The position numbers and the translations under genes are program-made. The notes beneath the pieces were generated by a model. The model was not told the origin of the DNA and did not search any database. It saw only the letters and a list, made by a program, of their open reading frames with translations. From Antedon mediterranea (taxonomy: Eukaryota; Animalia; Echinodermata), in assembly GCF_964355755.1 (NCBI RefSeq), contig NC_092673.1, positions 34,221,648 to 34,285,647 of the forward strand: a stretch of 64,000 nucleotides of DNA. Reading direction: 5' to 3'. Below are positions 1 to 13,300 of this stretch, piece by piece; the stretch's first letter is position 1; every line of letters starts with the position of its first letter.

Positions 1-506
1 TGAATAAAGACAAAACAAACTCAAAATATCATTACAAATTTATTAAAATAAACAATGTATTTAATAAAAAATAATCAATGATCAAAATGGATGGTTATTG
101 TAAATGACTAATTATATAAACATTTTATATTTGCAATAATTAGAAAATTTAATTTTAGATTTGCAAGTTAAAGTTAAGTTTAGGCTAAATTAAATGTCAC
201 TGAAAATTTTAAAATAAAATATCATGATGAAATATATCAATTAAATGTGAAGGCATGTATTGAATTAAAATTCAGTCAGATGTCTGGGTTAAAGTGATTA
301 AAATTAGAAGATATTAGGGATTGTAGACACAGAATACTGTCGCCCTTTACGACTATAAGCACAGGTGAATACATCATCATTTAAACAAGGCTGATTAGTT
401 GCTTGTTAATATAACTTTATAACGTCAAGATTGCAAGCTAAATGATTTTATTACAGTGTGTTATTACACATAGACATTGTGATATGAATGCTGCACTGTT
501 TCTCCT

Positions 507-902
507 TAAAGATATATTGTCCCCCTGAAACAATCATTTTTTAACATTTTTTTGTTGAATATGCCATTTTAATGTCACATAATAGTTATTCACTTTGACC
601 AAAGATTGGATTGAAAAAAAAATTATTTACCTGAAAAAAATGTAATTTAACGCAAAAAAAAAAGTCAAATTGACTGGAATTTGATGGGTTTTTGGTTGAA
701 TTTATTTGTTGTCTTTTTAATCGTTTTTTTTTTAACTTTATTAAAACTACTAAATGGCATATTCTTTATGCGTAAAAAAATATTGTTCTTTTAACCCTAA
801 AAAATAATTTTCTGATATGACAGTAAAGAGAGTCAGTTTTGGTTATTTGAAATTGTTGTCTAAAAAAGCAAAACAATTAAATGCAGTGAAAGTGCATCTT
901 TA
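507..902 (+). mobile_element. Short non-autonomous TTAA-flanked (Kolobok-type) element
   Basis: ttaa|AGATATATTGTCCCCCTG...GCATCT|ttaa; left ~150 bp is similar to the end of the 37265-39805 element and to the 11107 copy. Confidence 0.6.
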
Positions 903-3900
903 AAGATGTTAGAATAAAAAAAACATCAATCAAGTCAAGAATTGTTAAAGCTGATTTTATTTTCTAAAATTTATAGAATGAAAATTATATTAAACTTATT
1001 CTTGAAATTATTGTAAAACAAAGTAGAAAGTTCAAAATAGTGCAATTTAGTGAAATAATTCAACACAGATACAAGAACTGGGTACATAATCTCACCCTCA
1101 GAAATAAGGGTTCTAAACAACCTCTATCAAACACAAAAAAAGAAAACACCATTGTCCAGTAAAAACTTTCTTGCGATGTAATATCCGTCTGATCAAATCA
1201 TTTCTAAACCTTAATTCCACCCCTATACCTAAAAGTAACCCATGCTCTTAAAATGATCGAGTTACATAAAACCAATTTCCTATATCGTTTAGTTAAAGGA
1301 ATCTTGGAGTAGCTGGTGATATTTTAATGATTTTTCTCAGTAAATGACTTTAAGCTTCCGGCTAAATTGAGGTCTCAGTCCAATGGCCATGCACTTTTTC
1401 CAGTCATGCACATTTACGAGCTATGTAATTATGTAAAAAGGCCGTTTTGGTATGTAGCACTATTAGATATTATTGAGAAATATGATATACAATGTACTTA
1501 ATGGATTCTATAGATGATACTCTAGTTAAGACTATTTTAACACACGATTTAAATGTCGCCATCGATATGTACACTTACACCATTAGGGCAGAATGTTAGC
1601 GCATATTGTTCATATAGCCGTTGATTGGTTTTAATGTGGCACAATCAAAAATATATTTAGCATAGTCATTAGTGCTGAGAGGGTATGTATATTATGTACA
1701 CTTCCCCCAGCTTTAGAGTTATTTTTTTTATGTAAAATGATCCTTTTTTCTTGATTATGTATTTGTTCCAGGGTACATTAGAAATGTTTTTTGTGGAAGG
1801 AAAAAGGTGAAAAATGTATGCAAAGAGTTAAGCAGGAGAATATCAGAATTGTTGTCCTAGTAGGCAGATGGGCAAAGGTAATTCAGCTCCATTCCAATCT
1901 GCATGAACTGTAAATCAGCTGTGCAGCTCATATACTTTGATTCCTGTATTAATAATCACTGTATGTTGCATAAAGTAACCATTTTGTTATTTAATCGGTC
2001 CTTTAGTGTAATCTCAAACTTCCCTCCTCATTGTTTTTTGAATACCATACAGAAACTGGCGGATACATTCCAGGTTTATCGTATGACTTCAATAAAGGAT
2101 TACGGTCACACATATCCAAATTTCCAGACAACCTTCTTTCTATCAGTGAATAGTCTGAGCAAATCTTACGTTTACCTTCATCGATTATCTGAACACAGTT
2201 CTTGATCAATATTAGAACCCATTTAATGTTCCACATTTATCTATATATAAAAAAAAAATCAATATGCAAAATTATTATTTATAATAATACTCATATAGTA
2301 TTTCATTATTGTTTAATGATAGGCCAGGAATCTTTAACATTTTAGTCAAGAGAGTCAATGCTATGAGAAACTGGACAAGATTTGTTTAAGATCAAAATTC
2401 TATTCATTCATCTTTTATTAAAATAAATTTCTGAAAATTTCAGCCAAAATTGTCTGGTTTTATGAGTTCACCAAATATGGAAAATACATAAAATAACATA
2501 AGAATATAAACATAAAATAGCAATAGGTCAAAGGTCATAGTTGAGGTTAATAAGTGTCAACACAGCTATACTCAAAGTATTAAATTCTTTACCCCCTTCT
2601 AGCCTCTATCCACATGTTTAGTTAATTATTTATTAAACCGTATGTTTCTATATTAAGTAGTATATTCTTTCACACATGCACAGGATATCATATAACTTAT
2701 GATTTCTCTCTTAAGCGGACAAAACTATCAGACACAGAAATTTAAAACTCCTTTTAATCAAAACATTTAGCTTCTACACATAAATGCATTACACTTGAAA
2801 CAAATTATATCAATTGAATAATTAGCATTTATCAATGTTGCAATGTGAATAGTTATGCTGCTGTTAGATGTGTAAAAAATAGTGATGTTGATAATAATTG
2901 TAGTAGTAATTACTGCAGTTAATAGATGATCATAGAGATTACACTAAGTACAGCTAATGAGAGGGTGATAATGAATGAATGTTATTAGACATAGTTCAAT
3001 CACATTATATAATCTGATTTTTGACCTCTCTTTTGCGGTATCACCCACCTTTATTATTCTCATATCCAAATATACACATACTTATACATTGCGTATTGTA
3101 TTATATTTTTACTTTCTTGTATATGTATGCTATACAAAAAAAAATGTAATGTAATGTGACATTTATATAGCACTATTTCATGAAGATCAGAGTACTGTGG
3201 ACTTAGATGTTACACCTTCTCAACAACATTCTTCTCCACTAAGGGTCATATCAGTTATTATTATTCCTAGCATATAGTGTCAGTGCCCATTAAAAAAGAC
3301 AACTGTATTAAGACTAAGAACACACAAGATGAGCAGGCCAAGCAATTCAACCTCACTAAAATAAAAATACATGACACGTAATTTGTTTGCTGTAAAGCCA
3401 TCTTTATCTTTATATAATTTTATTTATTATTTGTTTTTTTCTAATGGGACAAAAGTAATGTCATCATCTCTAGGCCCCATCAGATTTTATACTTTTAAAC
3501 TCCTTTCCAAAATTGATAATGTACTACATTATTTATGCTAACCAATTTTTATTTTCTAGAAAAAGCGATCGATAAGTAAATAATTTATACAAAAATGTAA
3601 TGGTAAATGATCCTTGAGGGCGCTACATGACTGAACATAAATTAGCATTTTTGCATATTTCTATACATTTTTAAAAAAATACAAAATAAATCGATGAAAC
3701 TGAAAAAGGTATTGATATGTTTAGATGTTACCCACTTTTATTTGATAGCAGTAAAAACAATGTTTAAACGGAGACAATATAAGAGAAATCTGATTGACTG
3801 ATTGAAATAAATAATACTAGTATTTAATAGAAATACAGTATATCAGTGTGAACAAGTCACAGGACTCCAGGATTTGTATAATAAGAAGCGACATCAATAA

Positions 3901-4614
3901 TACTTTAAAAAGACAGATGCTTTTTTAACTCAAGTTCCTGTAAATACTGTTCCAGCAAGCTCTCATATGAGATCTTCAAAGCGCTGGAGTATGGAGCGGT
4001 ATAAATGGTTCCCCTTATTCATCTTCCTTTTTTAGTTAATTAAGATACTTTTGGCATACATTTTATGGGTAAAAGCGCTTAGAAATATTACACTAGGAGC
4101 TACATCAGACTACCATTATTATATCAACCAGTAGTGCCACTACACATCTAATATAAAGCTATGTTATTCACTTTCAGATACTAGTATATGCCTTGGAATT
4201 AAAATTAATTGAAATGATGCAATTAATTATTTAATCAAAACCTAATTAGCAACACAAAAGACAAGTCAGTTACAGAAGACAAATAATAAAATGCGGATGA
4301 CAGCAACAAAGAAAATTGACTAGTTGACAGTTGATTTAATTGAGCAAATAATCCGCTTTGTCTTTAGTTGGGCATTAATTAAGATTTTAATTAACTATTT
4401 GAATTAATTATATGAAGCAGGAACTAATCTTGTTTTAATATTTCAAAGGAACTGAAGATAGTTAAATGGATTTGAGAGTACTAGTGTTCACCATTCAGAA
4501 ATACTATACTTGTATATACATACAGTACTGTGATGTTATACTAAAATCAAATTAAAAAATTCTAGGATTCTAAAACATGAACACCACAAAAAGATCTTAT
4601 ATATATATTCCCTC

Positions 4615-4835
4615 ACTTGCACTGATGAAGGGCTAGTGTTGCCCGAAAGCTCTGCTAACTTTTCTGGCTGAATTGAATTGAAATATATATGTATACTGAG
4701 TAACCTCCTCAGTCAAAGACTGGTCTCCCAGAGGGCCCAGTTGATTTAGCTTTTCGCTTTTTATTTTTGTATCTCCATTGAGATCCAGCCACTGATACCC
4801 ACAGCATTGTCATTTTTTTCAGTAATTTGCCTTTG
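4615..4835 (+). repeat. Dispersed repeat carrying a minimal hammerhead motif (Penelope-like terminal repeat?)
   Basis: Inverted second copy at ~25140-25300; CTGATGA-A-GGGC...GCCC-GAAA-GC-TC. Confidence 0.65.
4619..4655 (+). ncRNA. Minimal type I hammerhead ribozyme motif
   Basis: Stem I GCA/TGC, core CUGAUGA(+A), stem II GGGC/GCCC, GAAA, palindromic AGCU helix III, UC cleavage site. Confidence 0.55.
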
Positions 4836-6229
4836 GATTTATATATGATTGAAGTGAAATATTTCTTTAAGGAGAATATCTTATTACAGTGTGTGAATAC
4901 AGTCACTAAATATGCATTTTAAAATTAACAAAGAATAGCTTCCCTACAAAGTATGAAGTTCCCCAGGGTATTCTAGCCCACCCAGACCTAGACTTGTTTA
5001 CCTTCACAAGAAATTTTAATATGATATCTTTCATAAGTTTTGTTTTATTTAAATTTTCTGTAGACTTTCATCATTGTACATTGGTGTTTCACACCGTGTT
5101 ATAAATTCAAATTCATAGCAAATTTATATAAATTGACAAAAAACTTTAGTTTAATTTGATATGCAGTAGATTATCTGTACTTAAAACATAATTAGCTTTA
5201 TTTTAGTAGAATGTTTGACGAATGACAAAATTAACTTGTCCATTTAATACATTATTTGACGATGTCTTTCAAGTCCTGTACAGATATCTTTATGTTCTTT
5301 TATTACCGTTTCAATTTATTGTGATGCATTGTTTATGTCAAAGACAATATTATCTAAGTACCTTCCGTCGTTTTATGTTATAAGATTGAATGATTGATTC
5401 AGACTTCAGAGGAAAAATGTTAATCTATCTTACCAAATCTAGTACGAAACAAAATTGTGGGTTTCGATTTTGAAGATGCAACTTGATATCTTGATGAAGT
5501 CGACTTTCCCAATACCAGACTTTCTGAAAACAGGAAACTCTCCAAAAACGGGACTTTTCTTAGGTACAAAAGGTTCCAATTTTTGTTTTAATATTAAAAA
5601 CCACAGTGGTCTATTCACCATTCCCACTTAGGCTAAGGAAACATACAAACAAACGTATTCATACCTGATTTGGTACCCTCTCACACACGTCAATGGATGT
5701 ACTAGCCAAAGCATAATCTTTATTAATTAAATTTAAAATGAACTTCTTAAGTTTAATTATTATTTTAAATTTTATAATAAATAATTCTTAGGAGAATTGA
5801 AAACTATTATAAGAACTTTCTTGTCTTGAATTAGTTGCAGTGTTGAAATTATGATTACCATTCCTTAAATCCAGATTTTATATTTTTTTTATAAAGATTT
5901 ATGATAATGGGATTAAAGTAATTTTCTTTAAATAAAATGTTTCCAATTTTGGGGAACAATAGAAATAAAATTTACTCAAAATTTGCTGATAAAGAATTAG
6001 ATGATGAAAATTATAATTTTCACTAATTCTACAATGGTAATTATAAAAAGTGGAAGATGTTTACGAACATATTCAGCTGTAAATACAATGGTTTGAACAT
6101 TCTATTGTTTAACCCCAAGGAATTCAGCTCCAGATATTAGTGTCAAAAGCAACAATATCATTTAATAAAGTAATTAAATTGAGGATTTCCACAAGTTATT
6201 AGAAAGGAAAAAAACTATTTATAGAAGAA

Positions 6230-6602
6230 GGAACAAAGTTTATTTATAGAATTAAGAACAAAGTTAATATAGACAACAACAAGTTATTTATAAAACTATT
6301 AAAGAAAAGTTATTTATAGAAGTAAGAACAAAGCTATTTATAGAAGTAAAAACAAAGCTATTTATAGAAGTAATTAAGAACAAAACTATTTATAGAATTA
6401 AGAACAAAGTTATTTATAGAATTAAGAACAAAGCTATTTATAGAAGTAATGAAGAACAAAGCTATTTATAGAAGTAATGAAGAACAAAGCTATTTATAGA
6501 AGTAATGAAGAACAAAGCTATTTATAGAATTAAGAACAAAGCCATTTATAGAAGTAATGAAGAACAAAGCTATTTATAGAATTAAGAACAAAGTTATTTA
6601 TA
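6230..6602. repeat. Degenerate ~23-27 bp minisatellite
   Basis: Recurrent agaacaaagctatttatagaa(g/t)taa(tga) units. Confidence 0.9.
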
Positions 6603-7679
6603 AAAGTATTATTGCATCTATTTTGCTACAATACAAGGAAACAAGGAATTATTTATTTTAAGGGCATGTGTTTATGCAAACAGAAATATATTCAACACTA
6701 GATGAACAGTTGAACTGCTGACATGACCAAACATTACATTTATTGTAACAAGAAAAATGTTTGTATAGTCATTGAATGACAAGAAATAGCTACACATTTA
6801 ATTACATGTTATTGATCAGAACAGACAGAGTGTACACAATCAGCTTTACATTAATGATTGCATGAAAGCAGGTTTATGATTGGATGAGGGCAGAATAAAA
6901 GCTTCACTGATTGGATGTCAACAGGCTAGAGGTATTCATTGATTGAATAAAAGAAAATCAACACACAGTTTTTACTTATTGGATGAGAGTATATCATTAA
7001 GTCTTCATGGTTGAGAAAGTCAGCCTTAACTGATTGGTTGAAAGCATGCCAAACCTACAATGTGTGTTGATTGGATAAGAGTACTATATCAGTAAGCTTC
7101 ACTGATTGGCTATTATCAATTCTGACTGATTCTGGAGAGTTAAATCAACATTGGTTGCATAAGAGTAGATACAGTAGGTTTTTCAATTACTTTTTTTTGG
7201 ATGGAAAGTTTTACAACATTAAACAGTTCATAAATATCTATAATTTTGCGTGATTTTTTTTTAAAATAAAGAAATATTTCTCTACTTTATCTAAACAAAT
7301 AGGAATGACTCCCAGTTCACTCAGCTGGAATGAGTACCTGGTTGAACAATATTGGAGAAGAAAAGACTGCAACATAATGGCAAGACACCGCACATTCAGA
7401 ATGAATATGAGAGCTGCCTTTTAAAGATTAAAACATTTCATTAACTAATGCATTAACAGTGCATCTAATATCTTTTTGAAATTATATTAAAACTTGTATA
7501 GAATTTAGGACAATATATATAGTAATATAATGGAAATAATCCATGATGCTTCCCTTCAAATTGGTCTGCCAATTCTTGATATTTGAACAATAAATTTATG
7601 TTGACAAGTAAGAAGTTCACACATCCTACATATTGCTTTACTGCTTATTGCAAATAATGTACAATACAATTCAAATAAA

Positions 7680-8534
7680 ACAGCAGTTATTCAGCCGATA
7701 TATACCCAGTGAAAAGTGTGGATGTAACTCTGATATGATTCAAGCCTGCATAGTGTAGTGTAAAGACAGCTTTAATCAGCCGATATATACCCAGTGAAAA
7801 GTGTGGATATAACTCTGATATGATTCAAGCCTGCATAGTGTGTGTAAAGACAGCTTTAATCAGCCGATATATACCCAGTGAAAAGTGTGGATGTAACTCT
7901 GATATGATTCAAGCCTGCATAGTGTAGTGTAAAGACAGCTTTAATCAGCCGATATATACCCAGTGAAAAGTGTGGATATAACTCTGATATGATTCAAGCC
8001 TGCATAGTGTGTGTAAAGACAGCTTTAATCAGCCGATATATACCCAGTGAAAAGTGTAGATATAACTCTGATATGATTCAAGCCTGCATAGTGTGTGTAA
8101 AGACAGCTTTAATCAGCCGATATATACCCAGTGAAAAGTGTGGATATAACTCTGATATGATTCAAGCCTGCATAGTGTAGTGTAAAGACAGCTTTAATCA
8201 GCCGATATATACCCAGTGAAAAGTGTGGATGTAACTCTGATATGATTCAAGCCTGCATAGTGTGTGTAAAGACAGCTTTAATCAGCCGATATATACCCAG
8301 TGAAAAGTGTGGATGTAACTCTGATATGATTCAAGCCTGCATAGTGTAGTGTGTAAAGACAGCTTTAATCAGCCGATATATACCCAGTGAAAAGTGTGGA
8401 TGTAACTCTGATATGATTCAAGCCTGCATAGTGTGTGTAAAGACAGCTTTAATCAGCCGATATATACCCAGTGAAAAGTGTGGATGTAACTCTGATATGA
8501 TTCAAGCCTGCATAGTGTGTGTAAAGACAGCTTT
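7680..8534. repeat. Tandem repeat, 84-87 bp unit, ~10 copies
   Basis: cagccgatatatacccagtgaaaagtgtgga...aaagacagctttaat at 7692, 7777, 7861, 7946 and onward. Confidence 0.97.
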
Positions 8535-10199
8535 TCGCCATCAAAAAAAAGAAGAATAAATATAAAATTGAAAACTAGGTTTGAACTCATCACTTTGACG
8601 AGTTCGGGTTATCCGCGGAAATGCAACATGCACATACGTTAAAATATATGAACTATTATGCTATCTTACAACATGAATTAAATGTGTTTACAGTGCTGAA
8701 TTGTACCTATTTTGTATCATACAGAATATTACAGTATTTACAGAATATTACAGTATTTACAGAATACACTGTATATGTTATATACAGTGTAGCATAGATG
8801 AAATTACGAGACCCATCTTTTAATCCAATTTTTAACACAATGACATCATACAAAATTGACATAAAGATAACGATTTTAGAAGATAATTATCTAAATAATT
8901 ACAGTATTACAAATTTGAAGAATTTTGGGCACGTAAAATGCACTCTCTTTTAATAGTTACAAACATTTACAAAAGAGATGAAAATCCGACTTTTTAAATT
9001 CAACTGGCCATCTGATGACACGATGTCATCAGATAGACAAAATGTTTATATAATATGAATTCATATCTACAATTCAACAGCTTCCATAATAAGTTTTAAT
9101 CACGTGGGTCACTTTTCATTCTGATGAGCTACAACAGATTAAAATATACTGTATAGATGAAATTAAGTGTTGCGGATAACCAATAAAAAGTGAAGGAAAG
9201 GCACACGATTCACTTGAGTGATTTATCTTTGTTCCCTTGCAAATAAGATGGTTCCATTTAAACAATCAAATCAGAGAAATGTTTGTTCATGGAGCTATTT
9301 CTGAAACGGAAGACGGATGGTATTGTAACTTTGAAAGCAAACGACAGAAACAGTCATTTATAAAACTACAAGCACAAATCACAATAAAAGTAGTTTTGTT
9401 AGATCTTATACATTACTACGCCAATCACTGTAGATAAATAACAAAGGGTCATATAATCTAGAAAAGGAAAGCTCATTAACCCGTAATTAAAAATCTAATC
9501 CCCACAGAATATACAAATTAAAATAATGATTATTGCATGAGAATTTATACTGTCATCGTGTGCATATAACCATTGCTAATTAAAGTTTATTTGTAGATTA
9601 ATCAAAATTTAGGTCATTTAAAGAAACATTTTACACTATTAATTTTGCTACGAACTTTTTTTAAAAGTGATGCATGATTAACATTGTAGCAGTGGGTGGG
9701 TATTGATGGAATCTGTGAAAATATTATTTTTTTCAATTTTAGTTTTAATCTATATTTTAGTACAACCTTATGGGTAGGTATTGACAACATTTGTGGAAAT
9801 ATCATTTTCAATGGTATATTTCGGCCATATCAATTCATTCCCATTTGAAAAGGAAGAGGGATACTAATACCATATTTGGATGATCAAGCCCTTTTTTAAA
9901 ATTCATAAAGAGATGATCAGGTCACACTATCCCAACATTTTAACCTGATCTCCTCCGTTTCACCCCATGTCTTTTTTAATGCCCTTCCAGCCAATTGGCT
10001 ATGTTAGAATGTGGTTTTTTTAGACCAATTTCTTTGTGATGGCCGAATGCCCTGTTTGGTAATCTTGGACCATTTTTTCATAAATTACAATTATGTCAAA
10101 GAGAGGTCTACTGCAATACAATGTTAAGTTAATACCATGAATTCCACTAAATAGCCAGTGCCCATTCATTGGATGATTGAACTTACCAGTCAGCTGCCT

Positions 10200-10387
10200 T
10201 CACACGTATTGAACCAGTTTATCCACATTCACTCTATAAAATGGTTTGCTTCTTACTAATCTGGTGCCTCTCAGGTTAACAACATATGGCAGTAAGGCTG
10301 GAGTGCGCACAATACACCCTAAACCTCCAATAGTGTACGGCCTAAGAACTGCCTCCAGGCCTTGGTTGGGTGTAATTGCTAACCATC
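10200..10387 (-). CDS. NOA1: NOA1 last coding exon (not in ORF track)
   Basis: (G)WLAITPNQGLEAVLRPYTIGGLGCIVRTPALLPYVVNLRGTRL...QYV, TGA at 10202-10200. Confidence 0.9.
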
Positions 10388-13300
10388 CTAAAAATAAGAA
10401 AAAATAAATATATTTAAAGAAATCAAAGAAACCAATTCCAGATAATTATTTATTTATTTACTTTATGTCTTTAGGCAATGTGGCCAAGGATTACCAATAG
10501 TGAATTAATCACTGTCCTATCAGATAGGTGGTAACCCCCCTGATACAGGGGCTATTGTGTGAACCAGTTCACCGGGGTAACCCCCTACTCTTTTTCGAAT
10601 AATGAACTGGGTTTCTTTAAAGTACACACAGGTTATAACTGTGTACACTGGACCTACGGTTTATAGTCCCTATCCGAGAAAACGATAAGAGAGATTTGAT
10701 TGGATGATGAAGGTGTCCCCTTAATAGAGCTTCAAATGAATCTAACATAGTAAGTACGTTTGTAGTGTAATCTTACTGTACTTGGCCTTCTGAGTGAACA
10801 TTTTTTTTTACTGAAGAGGTCACCCAGTATAAAGAACAAATAAATACATTTCTAAAAACTGTACTTGTTTACTCAATTTGAAAAATAACAAATTGACCGC
10901 ATTTTACATTAATCAATATTTCATGTTGTTTGCTCTTGTTACTAATAATAGTACTTTTTGCTTTGTTTATGAGAAAATGTCTTTGATCTCAAGAGTGATG
11001 CTGATTAAAATAGTTTATAATGAATTTTTAACTGTAACAACTTGCGTCAACTATCAACACAATGTATTTCTATGTAAAAATACATTTATACAAGGCAGCC
11101 TTTAAAAGATGTATTGTCCCCCTGAAAAATGATTTTTAACATTTTTTGTTGTTGAATATGCCATTTAATGTCACATAACAGTTATCCACTTTGACCAAAT
11201 ATTTATTTACCTGAAAACTGCAATTTAAAGTAAAACATTGTCAAATTGGCTACCAGCCAAATTGATTTTTGGTTTTTAATCATTTATTATGTTATTTTAT
11301 AAGTGAAAACATAATTTGTTTTCGTTTTTTTCTACGGAAGTGATTGACTTTATTAAAACTACAAAATAACATATTCAAAGTCTGATTTAATTGATTGTCA
11401 TTTTTAATGTTTTGGTTACATCTTTTAAATATTCAATTTAAAAAAAAACTATAATCATTTCTTTCTCTTCATTTTCACACAACTAAATCCGTATAAAACA
11501 GCCTTTAATATTTCTATTAAAAAACGATGTGGTGTTGTTACATTTTATCCACTATAATCTATGTCATATATAGAATATAGCTAAAAAACGATGTGGTGTT
11601 GTTACATTTTATCCACTATAATCTATGTCATATATAGAATATAGCTAAAAAACGATGTGGTGTTGTTACATTTTATCCACTATAATCTATGTCATATATA
11701 GAATATAGCTAAAAAACGATGTGGTGTTGTTACATTTTATCCACTATAATCTATGTCATATATAGAATATAGCTAAAAAACGATGTGGTGTTGTTACATT
11801 TTATCCACTATAATCTATGTCATATATAGAATATAGCTAAAAAACGATGTGGTGTTGTTACATTTTATCCACTATAATCTATGTCATATATAGAATATAG
11901 CTAAAAAACGATGTGGTGTTGTTACATTTTATCCACTATAATCTATGTCATATATAGAATATAGCTAAAAAACGATGTGGTGTTGTTACATTTTATCCAC
12001 TATAATCTATGTCATATATAGAATATAGCTAAAAAACGATGTGGTGTTGTTACATTTTATCCACTATAATCTATGTCATATATAGAATATAGCTAAAAAA
12101 CGATGTGGTGTTGTTACATTTTATCCACTATAATCTATGTCATATATAGAATATAGCTTAGTTTTTAATGTTCTTAATTACTATAATAAGTAAAGTCGTT
12201 TCAGTTTTACCAGATATAAATGAACGTCGTCAAAGTTAATATGAACGTTATCTCCAAATTATCGCAATACATAAACATTTATCTGAATTATGCACAATAT
12301 TATAATTTTTATTTTCAGCATAAGACGAACCATTTTTGTCAAAACACCTACATATTTGAATGTTAGGACGTGATACAACGCTTTAGTATCATCCTTTCAA
12401 ATGTCACAAACAAAAAAAAAACCATTTGAAAATGTCAGTTTGAAATATGTGCTTATTTTTAGAAACATCAATCATACTTAAAAATCATTTAAATCTACCT
12501 TGGAACTTAACTTTAAATCTCATAATTAATTTTTGTCCGTATTATTAAAGTCTCATAAACCATAGTGTATTTTTGAAAAAATGACAATTTATAAATTTTG
12601 GAAAATGTTGTTACACAGTATTTGGATGTATCATCCTTTTGTTTATTGAAATTTATCTTCTACTGGTCAAAATAAAAATAAAAACAAAATTGGGTCACTT
12701 TTACTGTTCACTTTACTCACCAGGTAAAGCTAGAATGAAACACAATGATGCAAGGATATGTAATTTGACCAATCACGGTACGATGTATCATCATTCATCA
12801 TGTCATAATTGGTCAAATTACTTTTACCCTTACATCTGGGCATTGTATCCTAGTAAGATCATTTCAAAATTATTCTACTCCAGTTACTGCAGTAACTACA
12901 TTTATTTACAGCAGTAAAATATAGTTTTAGTTTGCTTTTGTAGATGAAGGTGTAGAAGATTATGAGGCAGTACAAACAAAATCTTGCTAAATGATTGCAT
13001 AATCAGGAAACAGTTCTCTGGTCATCATGATGTATACATTTTTTTGGGGAAAGAATATACACTAAATATTCAGTAAATAGAATAACAAAATTCCATTTGA
13101 TAGTGTTAATTATACTTTCTAAAAATATACAGAACCGGCCATTGCACTTTACAATTATAAGCGCAAAATTATATACCTACGTACAACATAATAACCACAA
13201 TAATATACTATGTTGTGTACACACATTTCTATAATCTCCCAACACTCTAAAGATAAACCAGAAGATAGATTCATTGAAGTTTATTATGTGTGAACTATGA

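Noticed and set aside
1903-2236. Short ORFs on both strands
   Set aside because: No recognisable motif or convincing exon chain
7989-8180. Repeated 28-aa ORF
   Set aside because: Product of 84-bp units; broken by the 85-bp variants
9011-9033. tctgatgaca-cga-tgtcatcaga hairpin as a ribozyme or terminator
   Set aside because: Simple 10-bp palindrome with no other supporting elements
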